NCBI GenBank assembly: GCA_028692545.1
Contig: JAQUXC010000002.1
Span: forward strand, 28,082-92,081
Source: Patescibacteria group bacterium
GTDB taxonomy: Bacteria; Patescibacteriota; Patescibacteriia; UBA1558; S5-K13
DNA: 64,000 nt
Direction of reading: 5' to 3'
In this document: positions 49,648 to 60,851 of the stretch, in pieces
Position numbering within the stretch: position 1 is the stretch's first letter
Layout of the letters: each line of letters begins with the position of its first letter
Made by a program: the position numbers and the translations under genes
Notes under the pieces: generated by a model
What the model was told of the DNA's origin: nothing
The model's input: only the letters and a program-made list of their open reading frames with translations
Databases searched by the model: none

Positions 49648-50985
49648 TTATAACAAATTTACATCATCAATCTCATCTATTTTATTGTTTAACACAATAT
49701 TTTCTATATGATACGTACCCAGCTTTGGTGCATTCATAAATCCCTCCATAGCTGCCTCAGCCATCCAACCAGAATCAATCCAATCAAAAAGCCACTCATT
49801 TACATATTTTGGATTTTTACTATCAACCCCTGCACCAATAGAAAGTAACCATCTTCTATTATAATTTTCTTGGGATCCAAGTGGTTCAGACATTATAATT
49901 GGAATTCCAAGTCCCGCATAAAAACTAAGCTCAGATGGTTTTGTCCATAATATATCTGTGGTTTTCAATTGTTCATTAAACATTTTGAAATATGTCATCT
50001 TGTCCTCTGAATATAAAATTTTTACATTTTTGGAATTATCTATCTTATTATTCTTCAAATATTTTTCATAGTACAAATAAACATCATTTCTATTACCAGC
50101 AACTAATATAAGTCTAAGCTTTCCTTTTTTGATATGATCTCTTAGGCTTTCCAAAATTGTAACTCCTAAATCACGCTGAGCACCAGCACCACCAACAGCA
50201 AACATTATTGTAAGTGGATGTGCATTTTTCTTTATTTGAGAAACTGGACACAGATATCCTTCTATAAATTTTGCATACTTTTTTCTATATATTCCCTTTG
50301 GATCCAAATTATATATTCTTGATTTCAAACTATTCTTTAATATATTCATATTCACTCCACCAATATTTTCTTTTGGCAAAGGAAAACCTGTCAAGAATAT
50401 ATTTTTTGAATTTACTCCATAAAGCATCAGCCTTTCTTTTACTCTTTTATTTGGGACTAAATATTTTATTCTACTTGTTTTTGGGTGATACGGAGCCCAA
50501 GCACGAGCAATATCTGCATCACAAACTATACAATATATTTCACCTTTATATCCATAATATTCTGCAAAATATGCTGGTACAAAAAAAGTAGTTACAAAGG
50601 GAAGCGGATTTTTATTTAATTCATCTATTAATTTTTTGCCAAGACCGTGTTTAACTTGATTGAAAAAATATTTTTGTTGATAAGAATTATTTGACAAATC
50701 TCTTTTTGGGTAATATGGATCTATTTTTTGCATATCATCCATTATGCCAAAAGCCAAATTTCCTAAAATTGGAAAATTCTTATACATTGATATTATTTCA
50801 TACCATTTTCTTCCACCTTGCCAAGATTTTTTTTCTTTTTTACTAATCCCTTGATAACTATTTGCATTTATTATTCCACCTTCAGAAACAGAAACAAATG
50901 GATAAGCAGCGCGCTGATGACCATATCCCATATCTACAGCTACTACATACATTTTGCTGTTTTTTAAAGATTTTTTATCCTTCAT
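49648..50985 (-). CDS. GT-B glycosyltransferase (MGDG-synthase/UgtP/MurG-like)
   Basis: N-terminal VVAVDMGYGHQRAA (G-x-GH motif) and a second-domain FAVGGAGAQ. Confidence 0.5.
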   Translation of the reverse strand: MKDKKSLKNSKMYVVAVDMGYGHQRAAYPFVSVSEGGIINANSYQGISKKEKKSWQGGRKWYEIISMYKNFPILGNLAFGIMDDMQKIDPYYPKRDLSNNSYQQKYFFNQVKHGLGKKLIDELNKNPLPFVTTFFVPAYFAEYYGYKGEIYCIVCDADIARAWAPYHPKTSRIKYLVPNKRVKERLMLYGVNSKNIFLTGFPLPKENIGGVNMNILKNSLKSRIYNLDPKGIYRKKYAKFIEGYLCPVSQIKKNAHPLTIMFAVGGAGAQRDLGVTILESLRDHIKKGKLRLILVAGNRNDVYLYYEKYLKNNKIDNSKNVKILYSEDKMTYFKMFNEQLKTTDILWTKPSELSFYAGLGIPIIMSEPLGSQENYNRRWLLSIGAGVDSKNPKYVNEWLFDWIDSGWMAEAAMEGFMNAPKLGTYHIENIVLNNKIDEIDDVNLL

Positions 50986-51123
50986 TTTATTATAAATATT
51001 AATTTGTTTAATTTAATTATAACATAAAAATTATATTAAAAAACCAATATTGACATATCGTTTTTGATATGATAATATTTAGATAGTTATCTAAATATCT
51101 AAATACAATTTAAAAATAATTAT

Positions 51124-51387
51124 ATGGGATTAAACGAAACACTAAATGCATTATCAGATCCTTCAAGAAGAAAAATACTAGACCTTTTGAAAAAAAAAGA
51201 TATGTCGGCAGGAGAGATTAGTAAATATTTTGATATAACCCTACCCTCTATTTCTCATCACTTAAATATTTTAAAGCAAACAAATCTTGTAACATTTCAG
51301 AGAAGTGGCCAACAAATAATTTATTCTCTTAATTTGAGCATATTTGATGAAGTGGCAGAATTACTTATAAAATTTTTCAATAAATAA
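51124..51387 (+). CDS. ArsR/SmtB-family transcriptional regulator (SdpR-like)
   Basis: LSDPSRRKILDLL...ISHHLNILK HTH. Confidence 0.8.
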   Translation: MGLNETLNALSDPSRRKILDLLKKKDMSAGEISKYFDITLPSISHHLNILKQTNLVTFQRSGQQIIYSLNLSIFDEVAELLIKFFNK

Positions 51388-51406
51388 CAAAACTAAAGAA
51401 AAAATT

Positions 51407-52063
51407 ATGAAGAACCCAATAAAAATGAATTTAAAAACAGAAATATTACCAATATTATGTGTAATATTTAGTGGAGTCTCATCTATCATGCTGTATCCAA
51501 AAATGCCTGAAAAAATTCCTATACATTGGAATTTTAGAGGTGAAATAGATAATTGGGGAAATAGCTTTTCGCATGTAATTGCTATAAATGCAATGATAAT
51601 AGGAATTTACCTAATGTTTATATTTATGCCATATCTTGATCCCAAAAAAGAAAGATATGAACAATTTGAAAAAATATATCATATAATAAAAAATGTACTT
51701 ATGATATTTTTGACTGGTATATTGTTTATGACAAATCTTAGTGCAATTGGTTATCCTATTAATGTAGCACTATATATTCCTATTGCTGTTGGAATATTGT
51801 TTATAATACTTGGAAATTATATGGGAAAAATAAAACCAAATTGGTTCGTAGGAATAAGAACTCCATGGACACTTTCTTCTGAAGAAACCTGGAATAAATC
51901 TCATAGATTGAGCGGAAAAATATTTATGTTATCAGGATTTCTTATTGCAATTAATGGATTCTTGCCAGAAATTTTAAGACTTCCTGTGTTTATTTTTGCA
52001 ATTGTTATTATCTTATTTGGAACACTTGTTGGTTCTTATATAATTTATAGAAAAAATAAATAG
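51407..52063 (+). CDS. SdpI/YhfL-family membrane protein (DUF1648 plus SdpI)
   Basis: PIHWNFRGEIDNWG and NWFVGIRTPWTLSSEETWNKSHR motifs; six TM helices. Confidence 0.7.
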   Translation: MKNPIKMNLKTEILPILCVIFSGVSSIMLYPKMPEKIPIHWNFRGEIDNWGNSFSHVIAINAMIIGIYLMFIFMPYLDPKKERYEQFEKIYHIIKNVLMIFLTGILFMTNLSAIGYPINVALYIPIAVGILFIILGNYMGKIKPNWFVGIRTPWTLSSEETWNKSHRLSGKIFMLSGFLIAINGFLPEILRLPVFIFAIVIILFGTLVGSYIIYRKNK

Positions 52064-52083
52064 TAATAATATTCTTCAAAACC

Positions 52084-52111
52084 AAAAAACCCTTTATTTA
52101 AAGGGTTTTTT
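52084..52111. terminator. Bidirectional intrinsic terminator
   Basis: aaaaaa-cccttt-attt-aaaggg-tttttt. Confidence 0.7.
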
Positions 52112-52133
52112 GGTTATATAATTAAAATAAAAA

Positions 52134-53828
52134 TTAATCCGCTACTTTGAATACTTCTTCGATAGAAGTTATTCCATCTTTTGCTTTTAAAAGTCCGTCT
52201 TGAACCATTGTTATCATTCCATTTTTCTGAGCTAATTCTTGAATTACATATTCTGAAACTTTGTTTTCAAGTATTACATTTTCTATTTCCGGAGACATTG
52301 TAAGAACTTCATATATACCTACTCTGCCTTTATACCCCAAACCATGACATTTTTCACATCCACGACTTTTATAAAATTTTATATTATTAAGTTCTTCTTG
52401 ATCTAATTGAGAACCAGAATTTACTGGAATAGAAGATAAAATATTTAATATCTGTGTCATTTTTTCATTATCTATTTTTTCTTCCTCTTTACAATCTGGA
52501 CATATTTTTCTTACAAGTCTCTGACCTATAATAGAGTTTATTGCGGGAGATAATAAAAATGGTTTTACTCCCATTGCAAGTAATCTTGGTATAGCAGCAG
52601 AACTAGAGTTTGTATGAAGTGTAGATATTACGAGATGTCCAGTTAGAGCTGCATTTATAGCAGTATCAGCTGTTTCTAAATCTCTTATTTCTCCTACCAT
52701 TACAATATCAGGATCTTGTCTTAAAATAGATTTGAGTCCTGACGCAAAGCTATAATCTTTGTCTTTTTGAATTTGTGATTGATTGACACCTTGTAATCTA
52801 TATTCAATTGGATCTTCTAAAGTTATAATTTTATTCTCTGGTGAATTTAATTTTTTGAGTATTCCATATAATGTAGTAGTTTTACCAGATCCTGTAGGGC
52901 CAGTGGTTATTATCATCCCGTTTGGTCTTTTTATTTGTTGATCCAAGTCTACAAATGATTTACCACGAATACCCAAACTTTCAAATCCCAAGCTATTTGT
53001 AGAAGACCTGAGTAATCTCATAACAACACTCTCTCCAAAATTTGTAGGTATTGTTGAAACTCTAACATCTATATCCTCTTTACTTAAATGTATCGTAAAT
53101 CTTCCATCTTGTGGTTTTTCTGTAATATTTATTTTGAGCCCTGAAATAAGCTTTATTCTAGAAATAATTTTAGACCATATTTCCGAATCAAGTGATGCTA
53201 CAATATGGAGTACTCCATCTATTCTCATTCTTACTTTTATTCCATCCTCCTGTGCCTCTATATGAATATCCGAACTTTCAACCTGTACTGACACCGCCAC
53301 TATAGCAGTCATTATTTCTGACACTCCAGCTCTTTTAAGTAAAGAATCTATTTTATCAAAAGTAAAATTTTCTTGCCTATATTTATTTATATCATCTTCT
53401 GTAATTTCAACCCCTTTTTTTGTAATGATCAATTTTGGTAATTTTTCATAAATACTAATTGCATACTCTAGACTATTATCTGATATCAAAAATAATTCAA
53501 CACTTTTTTGATTTGCTATAATTTCATCTATTAATTTTTTGACTTGTGGATTGGATGGGTTTGTAGTCCCCACTTTAACACTATCATCCAAAATTGCAAA
53601 ACAAACAATTTGAAAATTCTTTGACTTTTCAATTGGTATAAAACTCAAAGCATCTGGAGCTATAGGAAAACCTTTTAAATTTATATATGGAACATCACAA
53701 GATACAGCAGAAGCTTTTGCTTCTTCTTCAAGGTTGTCTATTTTTATATCATGAAGCTTCTCTTTTAATTTTATAGAATCCTCATTATCCTGATTTTCTT
53801 TGAGTAAATCACCAATATTTTGTGTCAT
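52134..53828 (-). CDS. Type II/IV secretion / type IV pilus assembly ATPase (GspE/PilB family)
   Basis: Walker A GPTGSGKTTTLY, Asp and His boxes, and a CxxC tetracysteine. Confidence 0.85.
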   Translation of the reverse strand: MTQNIGDLLKENQDNEDSIKLKEKLHDIKIDNLEEEAKASAVSCDVPYINLKGFPIAPDALSFIPIEKSKNFQIVCFAILDDSVKVGTTNPSNPQVKKLIDEIIANQKSVELFLISDNSLEYAISIYEKLPKLIITKKGVEITEDDINKYRQENFTFDKIDSLLKRAGVSEIMTAIVAVSVQVESSDIHIEAQEDGIKVRMRIDGVLHIVASLDSEIWSKIISRIKLISGLKINITEKPQDGRFTIHLSKEDIDVRVSTIPTNFGESVVMRLLRSSTNSLGFESLGIRGKSFVDLDQQIKRPNGMIITTGPTGSGKTTTLYGILKKLNSPENKIITLEDPIEYRLQGVNQSQIQKDKDYSFASGLKSILRQDPDIVMVGEIRDLETADTAINAALTGHLVISTLHTNSSSAAIPRLLAMGVKPFLLSPAINSIIGQRLVRKICPDCKEEEKIDNEKMTQILNILSSIPVNSGSQLDQEELNNIKFYKSRGCEKCHGLGYKGRVGIYEVLTMSPEIENVILENKVSEYVIQELAQKNGMITMVQDGLLKAKDGITSIEEVFKVAD

Positions 53829-53843
53829 AAGTATTAAAATTTA

Positions 53844-54914
53844 TTAATCCCTAGCCTTTGGTCTACCTCTTCTTCTTTTTAATTTAGCATCAGCTGGGAT
53901 TTTATTTATATCAGAAACTTTTACAATTTGATTTTTCGTTTTCATATAATTTGATAAAGACGCTACCACTCTAATCACCTTACTATATTTTTTACCAGAT
54001 GTAAGTTCATTGAAAAGAAGTGCCCATGCAGATGTTTGAAATACTGATATAAACATTCCAACAAATAAATATAATACAACAAGTGGAATTATCTTAAACA
54101 AAACCATTGTTATATCCCCATTTGTAAATGCATATATTACAAGCAAATCCATATTGTAAGGACCAAGTATTACTAATGTTAAATATATCACTATAAGACC
54201 TATAAAAGTATTTATAATCAAAAGAGTCGCCATCATCTCTATACTAATAAGCCAATTTGTTTTGAATAAATTCCATGCTTTTGATATGGATGGGACAAAT
54301 TTTTCACCTTTAATAATAACAAAATTTATAGCATATTTAATAACAAAAGAAATAATTGTAGCAACAGGTAGAAAGAATAACCAAACTATTATACCTATAA
54401 CAAATTTAAATTTTTCTCCACCAGCCTGAATAACAAAAAGAAGTAGTGGTATTGCTATAACAAGTACAATAAGAGTTATCAAAAATTTTGATACAAAATT
54501 CAAACCTAAAACTTCTATAAAATAATCTTTGGATTTATTGAAAATATCTTTGAATTTTACGGGTTTATTTTCTGCTATATCATTTGTAGCTTTTATAATA
54601 GCCGTCTGGGAAATTATAATAATCCATATCACTATAATTGCAATAATAATCATTATAAGTACCATAGTTGCCCAATTCAAAATACCTAAAAATCCTTGAG
54701 CGTTATGAAGTGCATCTAGTAAAAAGAAATCTCTCACACCTTGTGGAATTATAGAAGATGTCATATCTTCTACACTATACATGGTATTGAAAAATATTTG
54801 CATTTCTCCACCATTTCCAAGCCAAAGAGCAAATACACCAAAGAACCATAAAAATTTATACTTCCAAGTTATCTGCCATGCCTTTTTTAAAATAGATCGA
54901 TATAAAGGTTCCAT
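53844..54914 (-). CDS. Polytopic membrane protein, hypothetical; not recognisably PilC
   Basis: Eight to nine TM helices and a basic C-terminal tail. Co-oriented with the PilB ATPase. Confidence 0.45.
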   Translation of the reverse strand: MEPLYRSILKKAWQITWKYKFLWFFGVFALWLGNGGEMQIFFNTMYSVEDMTSSIIPQGVRDFFLLDALHNAQGFLGILNWATMVLIMIIIAIIVIWIIIISQTAIIKATNDIAENKPVKFKDIFNKSKDYFIEVLGLNFVSKFLITLIVLVIAIPLLLFVIQAGGEKFKFVIGIIVWLFFLPVATIISFVIKYAINFVIIKGEKFVPSISKAWNLFKTNWLISIEMMATLLIINTFIGLIVIYLTLVILGPYNMDLLVIYAFTNGDITMVLFKIIPLVVLYLFVGMFISVFQTSAWALLFNELTSGKKYSKVIRVVASLSNYMKTKNQIVKVSDINKIPADAKLKRRRGRPKARD

Positions 54915-55060
54915 AATTTTAGTTTTTATTTTTTTAATTATTTATTTTAAAATATAAAATAGCAAGAAATATCCCTCTCATATATTATAGTAAAAAAATG
55001 AAAATATAACAAAATAAAAAATGCCAGATTAGACAATCTGACATTTTTTTAGTACAAATA

Positions 55061-56866
55061 TTAAAACATATTTTCAAATTCTTCTTTCTCAATTGTTTCT
55101 TTTTCTAATAATTTATTTGCTATTTGATCTAATTTTTCTCTATTTTTTATAATAATATCTTCTGCTTTTTTATAGCACATATCTACCAAATCTTTTATCT
55201 CTAAATCAATCTTCTTTGCTACATCTTCACTATAATCTTTATTTTCATGAATTTCTCTACCCAAGAAAACCATCTCCGTATTTTGACCAAAAGACCTATA
55301 ACCTAAGTCTTCATTCATTGCATACTTTGTAATCATTTTTTTTGCTATGTCTGAAACCTGTTGTAAATCAGAACTTGCACCATTTGTAATCTCTCCAAAA
55401 ATAATCTTTTCTGACACCAAACCTCCCAAGGTCATAGCTATATCATCTATAAATTCTGTTTTTGTATGAAGATGCTTATCTATATCTGGCAATTTCATTG
55501 TATATCCAGCCGCTCTTCCACGAGATATGATAGAAATCTTATGTATAGGATCACAGCCTGACAATAAGTGGCCAACCAAAGCATGCCCTGCTTCATGATA
55601 TGCTGTAATACTTTTTTCTTTTTCAGATAAAATGTGACTTTTTCTCTCAGGTCCAAGCATTACTTTTTCTATACTATTTAATATGTCTAATTGTGAAATT
55701 CTTTTTTTGTTTTGTTTTGCTGCTAATATTGCAGATTCATTTAAAACATTTCTTAAATCCGCTCCAGAAAATCCAGGAGTTCTTTTTGATATCATTTCTA
55801 AATCTACATTTTCTTCAAGTGGCTTGTTTGCAGCATGAAGTTTTAAAATTGAATACCTATCATTCATATCTGGAAGATCTATTATAACTTGTCTATCAAA
55901 ACGACCAGGACGAAGAAGTGCAGGATCTAAAACATCTGGCCTATTCGTAGCAGCGAGAACTATAATATTTGTTTCATTATCAAATCCATCCATTTCTACT
56001 AATATTTGATTTAGAGTCTGTTCTCTTTCATCATGACCTCCACCAAGTCCCGCACCACGATGTCTTCCTACAGCATCTATTTCATCTATGAAAACTATAC
56101 ATGGAGAAGCTTTCTTGGCTTTTTTAAATAAATCTCTAACACGAGATGCACCAACACCTACAAACATCTCTACAAATTCAGAACCAGAAATATGAAAAAA
56201 TGGAACATCAGCCTCTCCAGCAACAGCTCTTGCTAATAATGTTTTTCCTATTCCAGGAGCACCAAGAAGTAATACACCCTTTGGTATTTCTGCTCCAAGT
56301 TTTATAAATTTTTGAGGATCTCTAAGAAACTCTACGACCTCTCTAAGTTCTTCTTTTGCCTCAATAGCCCCAGCAACATCTTTGAAAGTAAATTTTTTCT
56401 TTTTATCTGCTAATTTTGCTCCTGATTCTCCAAAACTAAGTGCCTTTGAATTTGCACCCTGAACTCTTCTAAACATAAACCAAATAAAAATTCCAACAAA
56501 CAAAAATGGCAATAAAAAAGGTAAAATTGTTGTAGCCCAAAAAAGTAGTCCAGACTCATCCTTTACAGATATATCTACTTTATTTAATTTATCTTTATCA
56601 GATCCTAAATTTATAAGCGTTTGAGTCAAACTTTCATCTTTTTCTTTTTGTGCTTTATTAAGTTCACCATTATTTAACTCTATATCCAATGAATCTCCTA
56701 CAATTTCTATTTTTTTCACTTCTTCATTTTGAATTTTGGAACTCAAATTAGCCAAAGATATATTTTCTGGTTTTTTTGGTTGTTCTATATTGTAGAAACT
56801 AAAGACAATAGCAATTAGTAATATAGCAACAACAAATATAAAAAAATTTTTGAAAGCATTTTTCAT
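55061..56866 (-). CDS. ftsH: ATP-dependent zinc metalloprotease FtsH
   Basis: GAPGIGKT Walker A, an SRH region and HEAGHAL. Confidence 0.9.
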   Translation of the reverse strand: MKNAFKNFFIFVVAILLIAIVFSFYNIEQPKKPENISLANLSSKIQNEEVKKIEIVGDSLDIELNNGELNKAQKEKDESLTQTLINLGSDKDKLNKVDISVKDESGLLFWATTILPFLLPFLFVGIFIWFMFRRVQGANSKALSFGESGAKLADKKKKFTFKDVAGAIEAKEELREVVEFLRDPQKFIKLGAEIPKGVLLLGAPGIGKTLLARAVAGEADVPFFHISGSEFVEMFVGVGASRVRDLFKKAKKASPCIVFIDEIDAVGRHRGAGLGGGHDEREQTLNQILVEMDGFDNETNIIVLAATNRPDVLDPALLRPGRFDRQVIIDLPDMNDRYSILKLHAANKPLEENVDLEMISKRTPGFSGADLRNVLNESAILAAKQNKKRISQLDILNSIEKVMLGPERKSHILSEKEKSITAYHEAGHALVGHLLSGCDPIHKISIISRGRAAGYTMKLPDIDKHLHTKTEFIDDIAMTLGGLVSEKIIFGEITNGASSDLQQVSDIAKKMITKYAMNEDLGYRSFGQNTEMVFLGREIHENKDYSEDVAKKIDLEIKDLVDMCYKKAEDIIIKNREKLDQIANKLLEKETIEKEEFENMF

Positions 56867-56931
56867 TGTTTAGTGCTTATTATTTAGTACTTTAAGTATA
56901 TATAATTATATACAAATTTCAAAGTAGACTT

Positions 56932-58200
56932 TTATTCTTTATTTTTTGAAGACTTCTTTTTTTGTTCTTTTTTATCATCATTTTCTACTTCTTCCAAAGC
57001 AGAGTCTTTGATGTCTTCTTTTGTAGATTCTTCATGTGCTTCAACTTCTTTTTCAGACTTTTCTTTCTTTATTTTTGAAGCTTTGAGTGATAATCCCAAT
57101 CTATGATCTTTTGATTCTAGATTAATAATAGTAAAATCATATGTCTCACCTATTACAACAACATCTTCTGGGCTATTTATTATATGATCGCTAAGTTCTG
57201 AAATATGAGCCAAACCATGAATATCTTTATCAAGCTCTATAAATGCTCCAAAAGGATTTATTTTCAAAACCTTGCCTTTTACTTTTCCACCAATTTTATA
57301 TTTTTTCTCTATATCTTTCCATGGATCACTTATAAGTTTTTTCATACTCAAGGAGATTCTACCATCATCAACTGATATTATTTCTGCTTTTACTTTATCA
57401 CCTACCTTTATTACATCATTTGGATTATCTATTCTCTGCCAAGCCAATTCTGATATATGAACGAGACCTTCTAAATTATCTCCAAATTCTACAAAAGCTC
57501 CAAAATCTGCAACTCCAGTAATTTTTCCTTCTATTACTTTTCCCATTCCATATTCTTCTAATGTCTTCTTTTGTTCTTCTGCCCATGCAGATTTTTGAGA
57601 TACTATAAGTTTTGATTCTTTTTCATCTACATCTATTACTACTGTCTTAAAAGCTTTTCCTATAAAACTTTTCAAATGACTTAATATTTTTGATTTATCA
57701 CCACCTTCTACTCTTGGATAATATTTTGTAGTAAGTTGTGAAACTGGTAAAAATCCTACAATATTGCCAACTTTTACCATAAGACCACCTTTATTTGCAT
57801 CAATAACTTTTGCTTCAACGATAGATTCTTCTTTCATTATTTTTTCAAGATCTTCCCATGCTTTTTGATGACTTGCATATCTAAAAGAAAGCTCCATATA
57901 GCCCTTTTCATTATCCAAATCCAAAACTGTGGCTGAAACTAAATCATCTAATTTATAATCTACATTTACACCGCCCTCATCTTGCACTTCTTTTCCTCTT
58001 ACAACACCAGACAATATTCCATTGTAATCTAAGACTACTTCATTTTTACCAACAGCAACTACCTTACAATCAATAAGATCTCCTACTTGTGGCAATCTAA
58101 TATCATCATGTGCTTCTAATATATTCGCAAAAGCACTATTATTTTTCTCTTTTGTTTCTTTTGTACTCATAAAATTATTACACTCTTTCGAGTTATTCAT
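56932..58200 (-). CDS. rpsA: 30S ribosomal protein S1 (four S1 domains)
   Basis: Repeated S1 OB-fold motifs (G.V.G.V....GAFV.L......G..HISE). Confidence 0.8.
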   Translation of the reverse strand: MNNSKECNNFMSTKETKEKNNSAFANILEAHDDIRLPQVGDLIDCKVVAVGKNEVVLDYNGILSGVVRGKEVQDEGGVNVDYKLDDLVSATVLDLDNEKGYMELSFRYASHQKAWEDLEKIMKEESIVEAKVIDANKGGLMVKVGNIVGFLPVSQLTTKYYPRVEGGDKSKILSHLKSFIGKAFKTVVIDVDEKESKLIVSQKSAWAEEQKKTLEEYGMGKVIEGKITGVADFGAFVEFGDNLEGLVHISELAWQRIDNPNDVIKVGDKVKAEIISVDDGRISLSMKKLISDPWKDIEKKYKIGGKVKGKVLKINPFGAFIELDKDIHGLAHISELSDHIINSPEDVVVIGETYDFTIINLESKDHRLGLSLKASKIKKEKSEKEVEAHEESTKEDIKDSALEEVENDDKKEQKKKSSKNKE

Positions 58201-58344
58201 TTACCCAAAAGATGGATAAATAAAAAAACTGACCTTTAATTATTATATCCTTGCATTAATCGGTCTTATTAATCCAAGTCATATGAAATTTTACTATAAA
58301 ATCTATATAATTGCAAGCTCTTAAATATATGATAAAATGTAGCT

Positions 58345-58977
58345 ATGAATAAACTGGATTTAATAATAGACACAATAAATCTAAAATCACAAAAAGTCAG
58401 GCAAAAACTATTTTTACCTATTATTGCATTTTTATCAAAAATTGGGATAAAAGCCAATACAATAAGTATATTTAAAATCGTTCCTGCAATATTTTATATA
58501 TTTTTAATACAAACAAATCCAATAATTGCTTTTTTGATAATATTTTTTGGAGTAGTGCTAGATTTTTTTGATGGACCACTCGCAAGATATGCAAATACAG
58601 TAAGTGATCGTGGAAAATTTATAGACATGTTGTCTGACTATATAATTTATGCGTGTTTTGTATTTGGTTTGATAATTATAAATTCAGGAGATGTAAAATT
58701 ATTATCTTATAATATAATAATAATGCCTATATTATATTTACTTATAATATTGAATAAGAATGAAAATAAAAAAACAGATTGGATAATACATCCTGAAGCA
58801 AAAGCAACATTTCATAGAATAATCATAGAAATATCTGCTTTATGTTATTTATTATTCAAACTACCGATTTTATATTTTAATTATATATTATTTTTTGCAA
58901 ATATACTTGCAACTATTCACGCTACATTTCACTTCTTTGTTTTTATAAAAAAAAATAATAATCACCAAAAATGTTGA
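58345..58977 (+). CDS. CDP-alcohol phosphatidyltransferase family protein
   Basis: DFFDGPLAR...G...D...D signature and multiple TM helices. Confidence 0.65.
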   Translation: MNKLDLIIDTINLKSQKVRQKLFLPIIAFLSKIGIKANTISIFKIVPAIFYIFLIQTNPIIAFLIIFFGVVLDFFDGPLARYANTVSDRGKFIDMLSDYIIYACFVFGLIIINSGDVKLLSYNIIIMPILYLLIILNKNENKKTDWIIHPEAKATFHRIIIEISALCYLLFKLPILYFNYILFFANILATIHATFHFFVFIKKNNNHQKC

Positions 58978-59053
58978 TTTTCAAAATAATTTCCACATAA
59001 ACAAAACTATCCGACTCAGCTGGATAGTTTTTATAATAAAAATAATTTCGAAT

Positions 59054-60787
59054 TTATTTTCTTGAACGTTTAGAAATTCTTGTGTCTAATTTTGTTACCA
59101 TATCTGGATTACTAGAATACATAACACCTGGATTCTTTTTGAGTTCTTCTAATTTTTTATCTCTTATTTTATTTTTTTTACGTGCCTCTAGTGTTTTGTA
59201 TGATTTCATAAATTTCTTACGCTCTGTAAGTGTTGTAAGTTCTCTTGCCTTAGGTCTATCGTATGCATTTTTGTAAAGAGTTCTATCGTCTTCTTTTCCT
59301 ACATCATATACATTAATTTTTATATTATTTTCTGAACATTTTAAAATTAATTCTTTAAAAACATCTTCTCCACTCAAATATGATAATACCTCTGATTTAA
59401 ATTTTCTTAATGCTGATATTTTACCAAATGTTCCATCAAATAACTTGGACATTTCAGTTCCCCAAACTTTTATGTTAAGACTTCCACCATGTAAAACTCT
59501 TGCCATTATTTTTATAAATTTATCATCAACTGGCAAATCTCCAATTGCTGTTTCATGGACACCAACAGTCTTTTTTTTATTTTTTTCAAATTCTTCTAAA
59601 AGTTTTAACCAATATTTATTTTGATCTAATAATATAGAATGTGATGTAAATTCACCAAACTCTGATTGTGGCTTAGCATTGCCATTTGCTAAAGCTTTTT
59701 GACGTTGTCGTGAAACAAATGATCCTATAGCATCTAAAAATCCTGGGCAATGTTCAATAGCACCCATAATTAATTTAGGAATTACTCTCAAACCAGGGAA
59801 GTAGCTCATACTATAATGCAAATTTGGTTCTTTTTCATATAAATATTGAAGTGTTTGTGGAAACCAAGAAACAATATTTACTCTATGTTCAAAATGATTT
59901 TTTCTAATTAAATTTAAAATATCATCAGCCATTTTTGTATCAAAATCTTTTATATCAATATTTATTTTTGTGACCTGATTATCCAACTTTTTTACCATTT
60001 CAAAAAAATCATCTAAAGTAGTTAGATGCTCCCCATGTATAAGTTCAATTTTTTGTAATTCCCCCCAAGTTAAATCATTGATAGCTTCCAATCTATTTGC
60101 AGATGAACCAAGTGTCACATTATGATGAATAATAATTCTGCCATCCTTACTAAGTCTTACATCAAATTCTAATTCACTTATATTTTCCTTTATAGCATTT
60201 AGAAGTCCTTCTTTAGAAGCCTCGTCTTTGCCAAAACCTCTTTCACGATGAGATAATACTGGATTTTCTCTACTATCTTTCAAAGTTTTCATTACAAGAC
60301 CAATCTCTTTTTCCATAAGTCCATTTAAAAAATCTCCATAATCTTTTTTTGTAATAGCCGTACCAGTTCCTTCTGTTAAAATATTAAATAAAAATTTTGA
60401 ATAATCTTCAAGTGGTGCTTTTGATTTCAAAATATCATCCGCAGATCTTTCTAATGTTAAAATTATAGACAACAAAGCACTTTTAAAATCTTCTTTTAAA
60501 CCATCATTTACTTCATACACAGAACAAAACATTTCAAAACTTTCTTCATTTTCATAAATATCTTTAAATGTCTTTCGCAAAATATGTATAGCCCTTACTT
60601 GTTCAAAATAAATATCACGTCTTTCCATTATTCTATCTTTATCTTCTATTTCTGTTTTATAATCTACTGGATTTCTTAAATCAATTATTCTATCATTATT
60701 TATTTCATCTTCATTATAAAAAATAGTATCTACATTTCCTTCTGAAACTATTTCATTTTTATCAAAATTAAATTTTTCTCTATTCAT
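59054..60787 (-). CDS. Glycerophosphodiester phosphodiesterase (GDPD)-domain protein with an N-terminal extension
   Basis: VLSHRERGFG...E.DVRLSKDGRIIIHHN GDPD motifs. Confidence 0.5.
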   Translation of the reverse strand: MNREKFNFDKNEIVSEGNVDTIFYNEDEINNDRIIDLRNPVDYKTEIEDKDRIMERRDIYFEQVRAIHILRKTFKDIYENEESFEMFCSVYEVNDGLKEDFKSALLSIILTLERSADDILKSKAPLEDYSKFLFNILTEGTGTAITKKDYGDFLNGLMEKEIGLVMKTLKDSRENPVLSHRERGFGKDEASKEGLLNAIKENISELEFDVRLSKDGRIIIHHNVTLGSSANRLEAINDLTWGELQKIELIHGEHLTTLDDFFEMVKKLDNQVTKINIDIKDFDTKMADDILNLIRKNHFEHRVNIVSWFPQTLQYLYEKEPNLHYSMSYFPGLRVIPKLIMGAIEHCPGFLDAIGSFVSRQRQKALANGNAKPQSEFGEFTSHSILLDQNKYWLKLLEEFEKNKKKTVGVHETAIGDLPVDDKFIKIMARVLHGGSLNIKVWGTEMSKLFDGTFGKISALRKFKSEVLSYLSGEDVFKELILKCSENNIKINVYDVGKEDDRTLYKNAYDRPKARELTTLTERKKFMKSYKTLEARKKNKIRDKKLEELKKNPGVMYSSNPDMVTKLDTRISKRSRK

Positions 60788-60851
60788 ATAAAAAATTATT
60801 TTATTTTTTATAATAACATAATTTTAACATTTTTTCAAGTATACTAAAATA

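Noticed and set aside
52134-54914. Possible PilB-PilC pair
   Set aside because: The ATPase is clearly in the GspE/PilB family. The adjacent membrane protein lacks the duplicated GspF domain pattern of PilC, so it was left as hypothetical.
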